Assembly: GCF_004010195.1 (NCBI RefSeq)
Contig: NC_057740.1
Span: forward strand, 27,994,391-28,058,390
Source of the DNA: Chiloscyllium plagiosum
Taxonomy: Eukaryota
Length of the DNA: 64,000 nucleotides
Reading direction: 5' to 3'
Both the position numbers and the translations under genes were made by a program. The notes below the pieces were generated by a model, which ran no database searches, had not been told where the DNA came from, and worked only from the letters and a program-made list of their open reading frames with translations. This document shows, piece by piece, positions 26,066-38,017 of the stretch (position 1 is the first letter of the stretch; each line of letters starts with the position of its first letter).

Positions 26066-27339
26066 TTTTTAATACATTTATTATTTTAAGGTTCAATTTA
26101 AGATTGTCGCTTGATAACTGAGAATAAGCCACTTATGTTTATAACACATGATTGTGCCTTAATTTGCTGTTCATGGCTCAATGTAAGAGGAAAATGGGGA
26201 AGATGGGCAAATGGTTAAGATGGAAAGTCTATGTAGAAGCAAGATACAGGGTTGTTTGCTGTAGTAAGCTCTGGAAATTCCTATATAATCATATCTGCTC
26301 TCTCCTCTCTCTTGGTCTCTAAAATCTACCACTTTTGTATCTGTGCTAATGTTTTATGTGGTTCAGTATTAAATGTTGACTGATTATGCTATTTTGAAGC
26401 CACATAGGACATTGAAGTCATTATATGAACGCCAATTTTTTCACATAACCTTTAATTATGGCAGCAGTCAACACAGTTCTCATCCAATTAACCCGAGACC
26501 ATTAGAAGACCAACTTGCAGGAAACACCTTTAATTCTGGAAAGTGGTAAACATAAACAGTCCAATTTCTTGGATGAAAGTCAATCTCCAATGCTTCTGCT
26601 ACTGTTGCTAGGGCTAATTTTAATTGCCATTAATGGAGATAGGAAGTGGAAGAGATGTAAATCAGCTGACTCTTGGCCCTCACCCTTTTTGCACAAAGAC
26701 AAAATTACCCTAATTCGTTCTTTCTGTGTTCGGTGGCAGAATGGATAATATGGGTTTTCCCAGTCGAAACCAAGTCTTGCTATTAATGTAAGGCAAAAAA
26801 ACTACAGACATTTGCAATTGACACTCAATTGACAGCTATTTAATTCAAGAAGTGCCTGAGGCTGGCTGGAGAGGAAAACAGAAGTGTAGCAATGGCCAAA
26901 TGCAAGTTGAATGAAAGCCATCTGGTATGCTGTGAGTGACACTCCATTAAAGGGCAAATCAAATATTTTATTGCTCAGGACTGACCTTCTTTGAATTGTT
27001 CTCCAAAAAGAATTGAATCAATATCAAAATCAAAAGATGAGTTGCAGAGATTAATGGGAGGACCTCATTATAAATTACATTTGAAATTACTTCTTGGTGA
27101 AATTGTCCAGGAGACAGAACTAAAGTACCTCCCAGGAAATTTGAGTCAACTCTGAAAGTGAATTTTTCTGATCTTGTTCCAAATTTTCATTCTGCCATTG
27201 TTATTAAAAAAATCAAGTCAAAGTTCCTATTTTGGTTTCCTAATAAATCTGCTCAAAGACAGTTGAGCTTGGAGTTCCATATTTACCATTGCTCTTTGAT
27301 GGATGGACATTGCAGGTCATTTGCAAGACTGATCATTTA

Positions 27340-27635
27340 CGATTGTCCCTGGATGTCCTTGAGAGAATGATACTGGGTCATCTTCTTGAACTTTGCTGCA
27401 TTTCGTGTTGTGCTTTAAAAGATTGTTCCACAATTTTGACCCATGACAATAAATTAATGGTGATACATTTTCAAGTTGTGCAACTTGTGGGGAGGGTGGG
27501 TGGATGGGGGACACTTGAGAGAAAGTAGGATTCTGACCATTGGCCTTCCAGATGATAGAGGTTGCAGGTTTGGGAATCACAGCAGAATAGGTCTTTGGCA
27601 AGTTTCTGCAGTGCCCCTTATGGACAATGCACAAA
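27340..27635 (-). mobile_element. Decayed LINE relic (family of 23641-24175)
   Basis: ttgagagaatgatactgggtcatcttcttgaact and gatagaggttgcaggtttggg motifs. Confidence 0.4.
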
Positions 27636-27870
27636 GCGATCAAATAAAGAGACTACATTTTAAAGTCTGCAGTTGAGACTGAAAATAAGATTGTATACTA
27701 AAATAGGAATAAGTGTTCTAATGTTAATAAGAGATTTCCATTTTGCATTCCTCGCCACACCTGATTCTCCAGGTGTCTGCACATGTATGCTTTCCAACAA
27801 GGGTTATTTTAGGAATGCACACGATCTTATCATTAGTTTCAAGGCCTAACCAATTCAAAGAAGCATGCAG

Positions 27871-29434
27871 CTGAATTAAATTGAATTTATTGTCATGTGA
27901 ACTGCGGCACAGTGAAAAACTTTGTCTTGTGAACAATGCAGGCAGAGTTAAGTAGCATAGATAAAAAATATTGGGTAAACAGCAACAAAAACAAAACACA
28001 GGAATGTTAAGACTTTGTGATTCCATTCAGTATTCTAACAACAGGAGGGTAGAAACTGTTTCAAAACTGGCTGGTGCATGTGTTCAGGCTTCTGTACCTT
28101 CTCCCTGATGGTAGAGGTTATAAAAAAACGTTGCCAGGGTGGGGTAGATCTTTGAGGATCCTGGTGGCCTTTCCTTGACAGTGAGCCTGGTAGATGGATT
28201 CTATAGATGGGAGTTTGGCCTTTGTAATTGTCCGGGCCGAGTTCATCACTCTCTGTAACCATCTCCGATCTTGAATGGTACAGTTGCCATAGCAGGTAAT
28301 GATACATACAGACATAGGCCCTCGATGCCACACCTATAAAAGTTGGCAACGGTATTTGCCGTCACGCCAAATTTCCTCAGCTGCCTGAGGAAGAAGAGAT
28401 GTTGCTGGGTCTTTGTAACCAGTACATTCATATGAAGAGTCCAAGAAAGCTTGTTGTGGATGACCACTCCCAGGAGCGTGACGCAGTCCACTTGTTCCAC
28501 CTCTGTGCTGTTAATGTGTAGAGGAGCATGAGTAACATCCTGCCGAAAGTCAGTACTGAGTTCCTTGGTTTTGCCGGCATTGAGAGCTAGGTTGTTCTCA
28601 GTGCACCATTCTTCCAGGTCTTCCACCTCCCGTCTGTAGTCTGTTTCGTCGCCACCTGACATTTGACTGACTATGGTGGTGTCATCAGCGAACTTGTAAA
28701 TGGCATTAGCCTGGTATTTGGCGATGCAGTCATGGGTATACAGTAAATACAATAGGGGGCTTAAGTACACCCCTGGGGGCTCCAGTGTTGAGTGTTGGTG
28801 AGGATGAAATATTGTCCCCAACCTTCACTGGTTGTAACCTGTGGGTCAGGAAACTGAGGATCCAGTTGCAGAGAGTGGGGTTTAGTCCAAGATCAGTAAG
28901 GTTAGTAATCAGTCTCGAGGGGATAATAGTGTTGAAGGCTGAACTGTAGTCAATGAGTAGGATTCTTATGTAGCTGTTCTTGGTGTCAAGATGTTCTAAG
29001 GAGGAGTGAAGGGCAAGTGATGTGGCATCTGATGTGTGTCTGTTGGTCTGATAGGCAAATTGGAGTGGGTTAAGAGTAGTGGGGAGGCTGGAGTTGATTA
29101 ATGTCATGACCAGCCTTTCAAAGCATTTCATGACCACCAAAGTTCGGGCGACTGGGCGGTAATCATTGAGACATGCTTCATGAGCCTTCTTAGGCACAGG
29201 GATGATGTTGGCCCTCTTGAAACAGGCAGGGACAGTGGTCTGCTGCAGGGAGAGGTTGAAGATGGCCAAGAAGACGTCTGCCAGTTGATCTGCACGTGCT
29301 CTGAGTGCACGGCCTGGTACTCCGTCTGGTCCAATCACTTTCCTTGGATTCACACAAAGGAAAACTGATCTGACCTCTGATGCAGTGACTGTTGGGATAG
29401 GTTTGTCAGGACTTGTCGGAATAGGTGTTACCAC
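27871..29434 (-). mobile_element. Rex1/Babar non-LTR retrotransposon, 5'-truncated, frameshifted RT
   Basis: ORFs NPRKVIGPDGVPGRAL...CLNDYRPVA...MKCFERLV...LQFAY...IDYSSAFNTI...TGAP and LYTHDC...YKFADDTT; tail tttcactgt...catgacaataaa(ttcaa)n. Confidence 0.92.
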
Positions 29435-29648
29435 TCAGCGAATAACGACCTGACAGCTGCACCTTTTGGAAGAAGCGTTACCTTCCTGTATAGAAAATAT
29501 TTGTAAGGAAGCAATTGAATTCAGCTGAAGGGCTTGTCTGTTTATTTTTCAAGAACAGTTTCAAGGCTTTCGTGTTATTTGGATTGACCAAAACATTTTG
29601 CTGTCACTGTTTGCCTTTGTAAATGGCTGTGTGTGTGAATAAACCTAC

Positions 29649-29883
29649 TGAAATAACTTCACAGAGCTGGTATCCCATCACCAAGTCACCCTTTATTTAC
29701 ACATGGACAGTCTTTGACACAGAACCAGCTCCTTCAGAGCCAGGTCTCAGCGGGAATAGACCCTCTGACACTCCTGTTCTTATCTGTCAGCCAGGGCTCT
29801 CTCATTGGACCAAATTAACAACCCCAGTCAGGAAACTCATATTTTATGTGGTCCACCTGGCTGAGCTTGTTACAATCACTACA
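29649..29883 (-). mobile_element. Solo LTR of about 235 bp (Gypsy-like)
   Basis: TG...CA ends on the minus strand (tgtagtg...ttatttca), CCAAT, TATA-like gataagaac, AATAAA; homologous to 33268-34572. Confidence 0.7.
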
Positions 29884-30155
29884 TTTACCTGATAGTTGTG
29901 TATGTTATGAAAGTTTGTACCATGACTGATGGCAATCACCCTTTATTGTGTTGCAGAAAATTTACTGCAAATTCTGAGAAAGTATGGAAATACATTGTTC
30001 ACCGCAGACACAATATCCCATCTCCAATGTTTGATTACATTGGAAATACAGGCTTACCTACAGGACTTGGTGGTTGTTGGAGAATGACTGACTCATGTAA
30101 ATTGATATATTTCTATGGAACTAGGGAGACATTTTTTCAAGCAGGACAGGATTTT

Positions 30156-30427
30156 TTAGATTAGATTACCTACAGTGTGGAAACAGTCCCTGTGGCCCAA
30201 CACCAACCTTCCGAAGAGTAACGCACCCAGGCCCATTTCCCTCTGATTAATGCTGTGGGCAATTTTGCATGACCAATTCGTTTAACCTGCACTTGTTTGG
30301 ACTGTGGGAGGAAACCCACGCAGACACCGGGAGAATGTGCAAACTCCACATAGACAGTTGTCCGAGGCTGGAATTGAACCCAGATCCCTGGTACTGCGAG
30401 GCTGCTGTGCTAACCACTGAGTCACAC
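30156..30427 (-). mobile_element. HE1-type V-SINE
   Basis: Head, V-domain and (taatc)n tail. Confidence 0.9.
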
Positions 30428-30989
30428 CTTCATTCTACATATTTATTTGATTGTTCTTCCTCCCTCACACCAAACCATGCCAAAAAAAAGGCAGATTATG
30501 GAAACACTCCAATGGATCAGTGATCTGATGGCTAGCAGAAGCATACCGACTGGAAAGGCCATAGGTTTGATTTTGATCTGTAGTGAGATATTTCCTCTTG
30601 TCTGACCAGGATGCTATCCTTCAGCTCTGATCCTGGATTAGATGGAGGGATATTGACCCAAGCCCTGACTGCTATTCCATGATGAACGGGCCTGCTGACA
30701 CCAACCATCCAATGATAAATCCCGACTGCTCAGGCTCACCTCTGACTTTTTAAACAATTCATATGATCATTTGTATACAACTGATTCTTTTTTTTAGAAA
30801 ACTCTATTTAGCCTCTTCTCTTCACCATTTTATTTTATTTTAAGGGTTTGTTCGGTTCCCCTCATTCTTTATTTCAGTTTATTCCACTCCATAGTCTTCC
30901 CGGCGTCAGTAAATGCAGCCTTTCAATGACCCCTGTTGCATGTATATTGATGTGGATGTTGAATGGGATGAGGTCCTGATGTCCATTAT

Positions 30990-31200
30990 GTAAGAAATAG
31001 AAGCCAGAATAGATCATTCAGGTCCTGTTGACATTCAACAAAATCGGCCTTATAACTTCACCTTCACTGTGTATCATGTAATTTCCTTATTTATCCAAAA
31101 TCTATCAACTTGTAAATACACTCAGCAACTGAGTATACCTGTTTTCCGGCATAAAGAGTTCCAGAGAGCCACAGCCTTTGATTAAAAGCATTTCTCCTCA
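30990..31200 (-). mobile_element. Old CR1 3' end
   Basis: taagaaatagaagccagaatagatcattcagg tail and agagttccagagagccacagcc motif. Confidence 0.55.
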
Positions 31201-31259
31201 ATTACCCATTCCTTTGTCTATGCAAATGTTGTTCTCTCTCTCTCTCTCTCTCTCTCTCT

Positions 31260-31432
31260 ATGCTCCAACACCATCTATCTTTCACTCCTTCTCCCTCTCC
31301 CCACCCCTTCTCGAGCATATGTGCTCACCTTTTCCAACTACAATGAACACTGAAGAAGGGTCACTGGACCGAAATGTTCATTCTGCTTTCTCTTCACAGA
31401 AGCTGCCAGACCTGCTGGATTTTCCCAGCAAC
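31260..31432 (+). mobile_element. PLE terminus (family C) after a (TC)n tract
   Basis: CTGAAGAagggtcactggaccGAAAtgtt core, then gctgccagacctgctggattttcccagca. Confidence 0.7.
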
Positions 31433-31449
31433 TTAATCATTATTATAAA

Positions 31450-31738
31450 ACCCCTATAGTACAGAAAGAGGCTATCCAGCCCATCTAGTCTGCAATGACC
31501 CTCCAAAGAGCATTCCCCCCAGACCCATCCCTATACCTGTAACCCTGCATTTCCTATGGCTAATCCACCTAACCTACACATCTTTGGGCTGCAGGAGGAA
31601 ACTGGAGCACCCAGAGGAAACCTATTTTGACACAGGGAGAATGTGCAAACTACACAGACAGTTGCCTGAGGCTGGAATCGAACCCAGGTCTCTGGCGCTG
31701 GGAGGCAGCGCGCTAACCACTGAGCCACCATTGCCAAC
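31450..31738 (-). mobile_element. HE1-type V-SINE
   Basis: Head ggtggctcagtggttagcgcgctgcctcc, V-domain, tail. Confidence 0.9.
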
Positions 31739-32077
31739 CTTTTGTTTTTATTTTCATTTGTTTTTCACTTCTCCTCATCTTAGGCTGAAATGGTTGACCC
31801 CTTATTCTGAGACTAGATTCTTCAGCCAGAGAAAATATTTTCTTAGCACTGGACCTGTCAAGCTCCTTAAGGAGTTCATATATTTCTAGCAAATCAAAGT
31901 AGCATTTGTTAATGGCCATCAGCAAAGCTCATAAATAAATAATTGCCTCTTGCAGGAAGCTAAACGCAATAGAAGGATGAACAGAGTGACGAATCCATAC
32001 TGTGGAGAGGAGCTGATGTGGACAGATAAATGCATGTCTTTCATTGGCTCAGAATTCATAGCAAAGAAAAAGCTATG

Positions 32078-32180
32078 GAAGGGTCTTATGGCTCAGTGGT
32101 AGTGTTCTTACCTCTGGACTAGAAGGTCGAGGTTTAAAACCCACCGTCCCAGAGGTACGTTGTGATACGTCCACATGAAA
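32078..32180 (+). mobile_element. Short tRNA-derived SINE (third family)
   Basis: tggctcagtggtagtgttcttacctctggactagaaggtcgaggtttaaaacccacc. Confidence 0.55.
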
Positions 32181-33382
32181 ATAAGTAAAAACTGGGGAGT
32201 CAAATCCAGGTTGGCACACTATGATCTCTGCAAGGCAATTGGATCTTGATCCAATCATCTCCCAGCTGAAAGAAGAACTAAATGATTCATGACTAACAGC
32301 TGAAAGCAAAACAGGAGTAACATATTTATTTTTTAAGTAACTCTGTTTTCACAGAGCAGTGAAAGCCAGTCTAATTCACCCGAGCTTAGTGGGTATGGAT
32401 TTCTCTTCCCTGCGCTCCAGTTGTGGGCAAAGGAAAATGTAAAGTCATCAACTAAATTTGCCTTACGTGGGCATAAGCCCCATCAGTGAGGTTGGCAGGA
32501 TGTTTGTTCACGGACCTGGATTGTGCACGATCCAGCTGCTCCTTACTTAAACTTCCTACGACCTTACAACAGCTCCAGAGTCATATGAGGTTAGAGCCAA
32601 TTAACTATCTAGAAATTACCCCAGTACAAGTTTAATTTTGCACTGTTGGAATGATTAATAGACAGACACCAACACACACCTAAACATTCACGGTGTCAGA
32701 GAGATGGACAGGCCCTGAGGTAGCAGTAATTTGTATCTACATACACAGAATTAATTGGTCTGAATGAACTGCTGATTCAAATTAAGTAGTCGCTTGTAAA
32801 TACTGTGGATCAGCAGAATTCAACCTCCTTCACTCCTCTCCTTAGATGGGATCCATTCCAAATTTATGTTCAGTTTGCCATTAACCATGTAACAGGATGA
32901 CTTGAACTGCGTCTGATGACTACACTGTGAGCAGTATACTATAACAGGAATATGTAGTGACGTGGTCTATATGTACATTTATTAAATTTAGAGCTGACCT
33001 TAAGCTTTGCACTGTGTTTCCTTAACAAAGCAAAAACGAAATGTTAAAATTCACTTACCACACATGCACCTAAACCTGACTAACTGTTTATTGGAAGGTT
33101 TGGTGATTTTTTTTATTCGTTAGGTTTTGACATTGAAGCATGCAAGTTTTGTAAACAACAACGCACAGTCTCGAGCTTCCCTCGATAGCATGATGGATTG
33201 AGTGATTACAGATTATAGAACATAGAGTGTAGAACAGCACTGTCTAGGCCCTTCGGCCTCCTATGCCTGATATTATTTGCAATGATGGGAACCTGGTTGA
33301 TCTTATTGACCTTGAGATCCTTGATTGGGGTTGTTAGCCTGGGCCAATCAGGCAGCCCTGGTTGACAGATATGAACAGTGGA

Positions 33383-34360
33383 CCCTCTTCCGTGGTAATG
33401 TTAGAGCCCGGGTGTCTCTGGAGAAGGAGCACGCGGTGTCGACCAACACCCTGGAGTTGTTCAGGGAGAGGTGGGCGCCGCAGGGAGTGGAGTGTATTAT
33501 TTCCCCCTCCAACTCTATTTTGATTTAATCCCTGCCCTCCCCTTCACTGTTTGATCACACAGCACTGCCCTTTGATGTGAAGGGCAGTGTTTGTCACTGG
33601 TCACCCGGGTGTTTTCCTATCTTCCTGGTGGTGGAAATTGAATAAACATTTGTGCACTTTGTGTCTTTCACTGTGTCTCCCACCTGATGGGTGCTGGGGA
33701 TAAAATAAGCACTACCGCACTTAGGTGGTAGTGTGGGGGNNNNNNNNNNNNNNNNNNNNNNNNNNNNNNNNGCAGTGTTTGTCACTGGCCACCCGGGTGT
33801 TTGCCTAATTTGAGTGTATGTGCAAGGACTCTCCTTGAAGGCGACTATCCCTAGACCAGCTGCCCTACAGGAAAAAAAAAGAAATAAAAAGGAAGGACCC
33901 TCACTGTTTTGATCACACAGCACTGCCCTCTGATGTGAAGGGCAGTGTTTGTCACTGGCCAAAAAAAGAAAAAAAAAAAATGAACAGTGGACCCTCTTCC
34001 GTGGTAATGTTAGAGCCCGGGTGTCTCTGGAGAAGGAGCACGCGGTGTCGACCAACACCCTGGAGTTGTTCAGGGAGAGGTGGGCGCCGCAGGGAGTGGA
34101 GTGTATTATTTCCCCCTCCAACTCTATTTTGATTTAATCCCTGCCCTCCCCTTCACTGTTTGATCACACAGCATTGCCCTTTGATGTGAAGGGCATCGCC
34201 TGTCACTGGCCACTTGGATGTTTCCTTTCTTCCTGGTGGTGGAAATTGAATAAAGATTCGTACATCTTGTGTCTCTCACTGTGTCTCACATCTGCACACA
34301 CACACACCATGGGTGCTGGGGAGAAAATAAGCTCTACTGCAGTTAGGCGAGAAAAAAAAA
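33383..34360 (+). mobile_element. Tandem stack of Tx1-type (L1 clade) LINE 3' ends
   Basis: Two copies of ORF2 end LFRGNVRARVSLEKEHAVSTNTLELFRERWAPQGVECII, further 3' UTR fragments, several A-rich tails. Confidence 0.75.
33740..33771. other. Assembly gap (N)
   Basis: Run of N. Confidence 1.
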
Positions 34361-34989
34361 GAGATAAACAGGATTGTCAGAGATTTCTCTTCATTCTGAG
34401 AGCTGGCTCTGAGGGAGCTGGGAAAAAAAAAGAAAAAAAGGGAAAAAAATAAACAGTGGATTCAGAGAGTTCCCTGACTTCAGGGACTGGCTGGCCACGG
34501 CCCTGTATATTGTCCATATGTCTGCAAAGGGTGACTTGGTGACATGATACTGGCCGCTGGGCAATTATTTCATGCCCCTGGTGCACAGTACTGTATGTCA
34601 TCTAATTGTACGGCTGTAAATTTTTGTTTTAAACTGAAGATAATGCTTTTAAACTTGGACACTATGTACATTTTAGTTTGGGAGCCAGCAAACCTCATTA
34701 GCCTTGCTTTATGAAACATCTCCATATTTATCATGTCTTCATTAATTACCCTTTTTCAGATCATACAGAAAATTAAGAAAATGTATGTTATGGGAACCAG
34801 TTCAAGTGCCCAGACTAAGGGTGAAAGAACAGTTTCATTCAAGCAAATTGATTCTATAACTGCCAAAATAGTAGGCCTCATGTCAAACGTGGTCCTCAGT
34901 ACGTACGCAGTGTATCACTAGAAAATGAAACAATAACAAGCATAAGAGATAACAGATTCTAAACCTTGTTGGATGAGATAACCAAAGAC

Positions 34990-35500
34990 ATATTTTGTAT
35001 AAAACATAATTGAAGATACTTGCAAACATGAGGGACAGCTTAGGAGAGTGGAGACTTAGGGTGGAAGTTCCCACAAAGAAGAAGGAGGCGGCTGAAGAGT
35101 CTGTCATCAGCCATGCCCTAACGGAGAGCTGTACAGGGGAGCAATGTCTGAGAACTGAAGGAAAAGGGCTGAGCTGTGAGATGAAGTCAACAGAGTTTCA
35201 GAGAGTGAGTGACAGGGCAATGTGAGGCCACGTGCAAAGGACAAGCTTTTCGAATTAGGTCTGCAGTAGGGTGATATGGAAGTTGCATTTTATGCAGGGG
35301 AGGATGTGGAGTACTTTGGACAAATTGGAATTTTTCTCAAGAGAATACTAGGATAGTAGCAGGAATTACAAAAGTCAAGTATAAAGGTTAGACAAAATGG
35401 ATGAGATTTGAATGCTGCTGGAAGCAATATAGGGACAGAGGTGGCCTGCTGCGGGCTAAGGTGCTTAAAAATCATGTTGAACACTGGGCTGATGTCACAG
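34990..35500 (-). mobile_element. Decayed L2-like LINE fragment
   Basis: gaatactaggatagtagcaggaattacaaaagtcaagt corresponds to the LDFCNSCY motif seen near the end of L2 ORF2. Confidence 0.5.
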
Positions 35501-35587
35501 AGAGACAAGGCAGGTCTTCAAACTTGCCCAGCTCGCCACCTATACTGTGCTGTTGCAGCCTTGGGCCTGCCTGGGTAAGTGATAATT

Positions 35588-35937
35588 CTTTTTTCATTCA
35601 TTCATTTCATGTGGGCATTACTGGCTAGGCCACCATTCCACGCCCACCCCCCAATTAAGAGTCGACCACGTTGCTGTGGGTCTGGAGTCACATGTAGGCC
35701 AGACTGGATAAGGATGACAGATTTCCTTCCCTAAAAGGGATTAGTGAACTGGATAGGTTTTTATGACAATCAACAAATTATTACATGATTGCCATTATTT
35801 TTAAGTTCTGATTTTTTACATTTAAATTAAAACTTTACTATCTACCATTGTGAGACTTGAATCCATACCACCAGAACATTAATCTGGTGTTCTGGTTCAC
35901 TGTTCCAGCAACAGTATCACTATACCACTACCTCCCC
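35588..35937 (-). mobile_element. tRNA-derived SINE family 2
   Basis: Head ggggaggtagtggtatagtg, core agggaaggaaatctgtcatcctt...ggcctacatgtgactccagacccacagc, (tgaa)n tail. Confidence 0.85.
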
Positions 35938-36044
35938 TAAACCTAGGCCATGCCCAACCATGTCTCACAGAGAGCAAAACATGGTGAGAGTGGGCGAACA
36001 TGTCTGAGTTGGGATTGCAAAGTCAGGAAAGAGTACATCGCAGT

Positions 36045-37794
36045 TACTGAGAGAGCTTTGGCAAATAGAATGAAGGGGAATCCAAAGAGATTCTATAAGT
36101 ACATTAAGGACAAGAGAGTAACTAGGGAGAAAGTAGGGTCACTTAATGATCAATGTGGCCACCATTGGGTGGAACCACAGGAGATGAGCATACAAAATGC
36201 ATATTTTGCATCAGTAGTTATTATGGCAAAGGACATGGAAGTGAGGGAACTTAGGGAAATAAATAGTGGTGTTTTGAAAAGAGTTCATGTTGCAGACGAT
36301 GAGGTGCTGGGGATCTGAAAACACATTAAGGCAAATAAATCCTTTGGACTTGATCAGGTATTTTCCAACAATTTGTGGGAAGCTAGTGAAGACATTGCTG
36401 GACCCCTTGCTGAGATATTTGTATCACTGACAGCCACATGTGAGATGCTGGAAGACTGGAAGTTGGCAAATGTGGCGCCAATATTTAAGAAAGGCTGGAA
36501 GGAAAAGTCAGGGAACTATATGCCTGTAAGCCTTATGTCAGCGGTGGCGAAGTTGTTGGAGGAGATTCTGTGACACAGGATTTGCATTTGGAAAGGCCAG
36601 GACTGATTAGGGATAGTCAACATGGCTTTGTACATGGGAAATCGCATCTCACCAACTTAATTGAGTTTTTTTGAAGAGGTGACAAAGAAGATTGATGAAG
36701 GCAGAGTGATGGATGTCATCTTTACGGACCTCAGCAAAACAGTTGACAAAATTCCACATGGTAGACTGGTTAGAAATGTTAGATCACATGGGATGTGGGG
36801 AGCTAACCAATTGAATTCAAAACTGGTGTGAAGGTAGGAGACAGAGAGATGTTGTAGAGGGTTGCTTTTTGGACTAGAGACTGTGACCAGCGGTGTCTAA
36901 CAAGAATCAATGTTGGGTTCAATGCTTTTTATCATTTATATAAATGATTTGGATGTGAATATTGGAGGCATGGTTTGTAAGTTTGCAGATAACACCAAAA
37001 TAAGTGATGCAGTGGACAGTGAAGAAAATTATCTCTGAGTACAATGGGGCTTTGATCAGGTTGGCCAATATGCTGAAGGGTGGCAGATAGAGTTTAATTT
37101 AGATAAATATGAGGTGTTGCATTTTCAAAAGGCAAACCAGGGCAGGATTTACACAGTTAATGGTGGGGACCTGGGGTGCAGGTACATAATTCCATGAAAG
37201 CGGAGTCACAGATAGACAGTGCGGGGAGGAAGGCGTTTGGCACACTTACCTTCATTGGTCAGAACATTGAGTGTGGGAATTGGGATGTCATGTTGCAACT
37301 GTTGATGAGGCCACTGTATACTGTATAGAACACTGTATACAATTCTCATCTCCCAGCCATGGGAAAGATGTTGTTAAACTTGAGAGGGTGCAGGAAAAGT
37401 TTACAAGGATGTTGCCGGGGTTGGAGGGCTTGAGTTATAGGAAGAGGTTGAATAGGCTGGGGCTGTTTCCCTAGAGGAGCAGAGCCTGACGGATGACCTT
37501 ACAGAGGTTATAAAATCATGAGAAGCATGGATAGAGTGAGAGGGGAAAGATTTAAAAAGGACCTGAGAGGCAACTTTTTCACACAGAGGGTGGCACGTGT
37601 GTGGGCCGAGGTGACAGAGGAAGTGGTGGAGGCTGGTTTTACAACGTTTAAAAGGGATCTGGATGGATACATGAAGAGGAAGAGTTGAAAGGGATATGGC
37701 AAATGGGAGTAGGTCAGATTGGGATGTCTCGTCAGTGCAGTCAAGTTTGACCAAAGGATTTGTTTCTGTGCTATGTGTCTCCATGACTCTATGA
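36045..37794 (+). mobile_element. CR1 LINE, 5'-truncated, decayed
   Basis: ORFs MKGNPKRFYKYIKDKR, DWKLANVAPIFKKG...NYMPVSL, KLERVQEKFTRMLPGLEGLSY; tail atgactctatga. Confidence 0.95.
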
Positions 37795-37808
37795 TGAAAA
37801 GATTCACT

Positions 37809-38017
37809 AGGCGAAAGTGAGGACTGCAGATGCTGAAGATCAGAGTCGAGACTATGGTGCTGGAAAAGCACAGCAGGTCAGGCAGCATCCAAGGAACAGG
37901 AGAATTGAGTTTCGGGCATAAGCCTTCCTGATGAAGGGCTTATGCCCGAAACGTCGATTCACCTGCTCCTCGGATGCTGCCTTATCTGCTGTGCTTTTCC
38001 AGTACCACTCTCTCGAC
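37809..38017. mobile_element. Fold-back PLE mini-element (family A)
   Basis: Inverted arms gtcgagactatggtgctggaaaagcacagcag.../...ctgctgtgcttttccagtaccactctctcgac around the ribozyme core. Confidence 0.85.
37925..37957 (+). ncRNA. Minimal type I hammerhead ribozyme, best-preserved copy
   Basis: ttc-CTGATGA-A-GGGC-ttat-GCCC-GAAA-CG-TC-ga: intact core, 4-bp stem II, palindromic ACGT, GUC triplet. Confidence 0.65.

Larger units (their letters stand above)
33268..34572 (+). mobile_element. Solo LTR split by Tx1 insertions (halves 33268-33382 and 34449-34572)
   Basis: TG...CA ends with 4-bp TSD tgcc (33264-33267, 34573-34576); both halves align with the LTR at 29649-29883. Confidence 0.8.

Noticed and set aside
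28246-29434. Longest real ORFs as a host gene
   Set aside because: Frameshifted Rex1/Babar reverse transcriptase.
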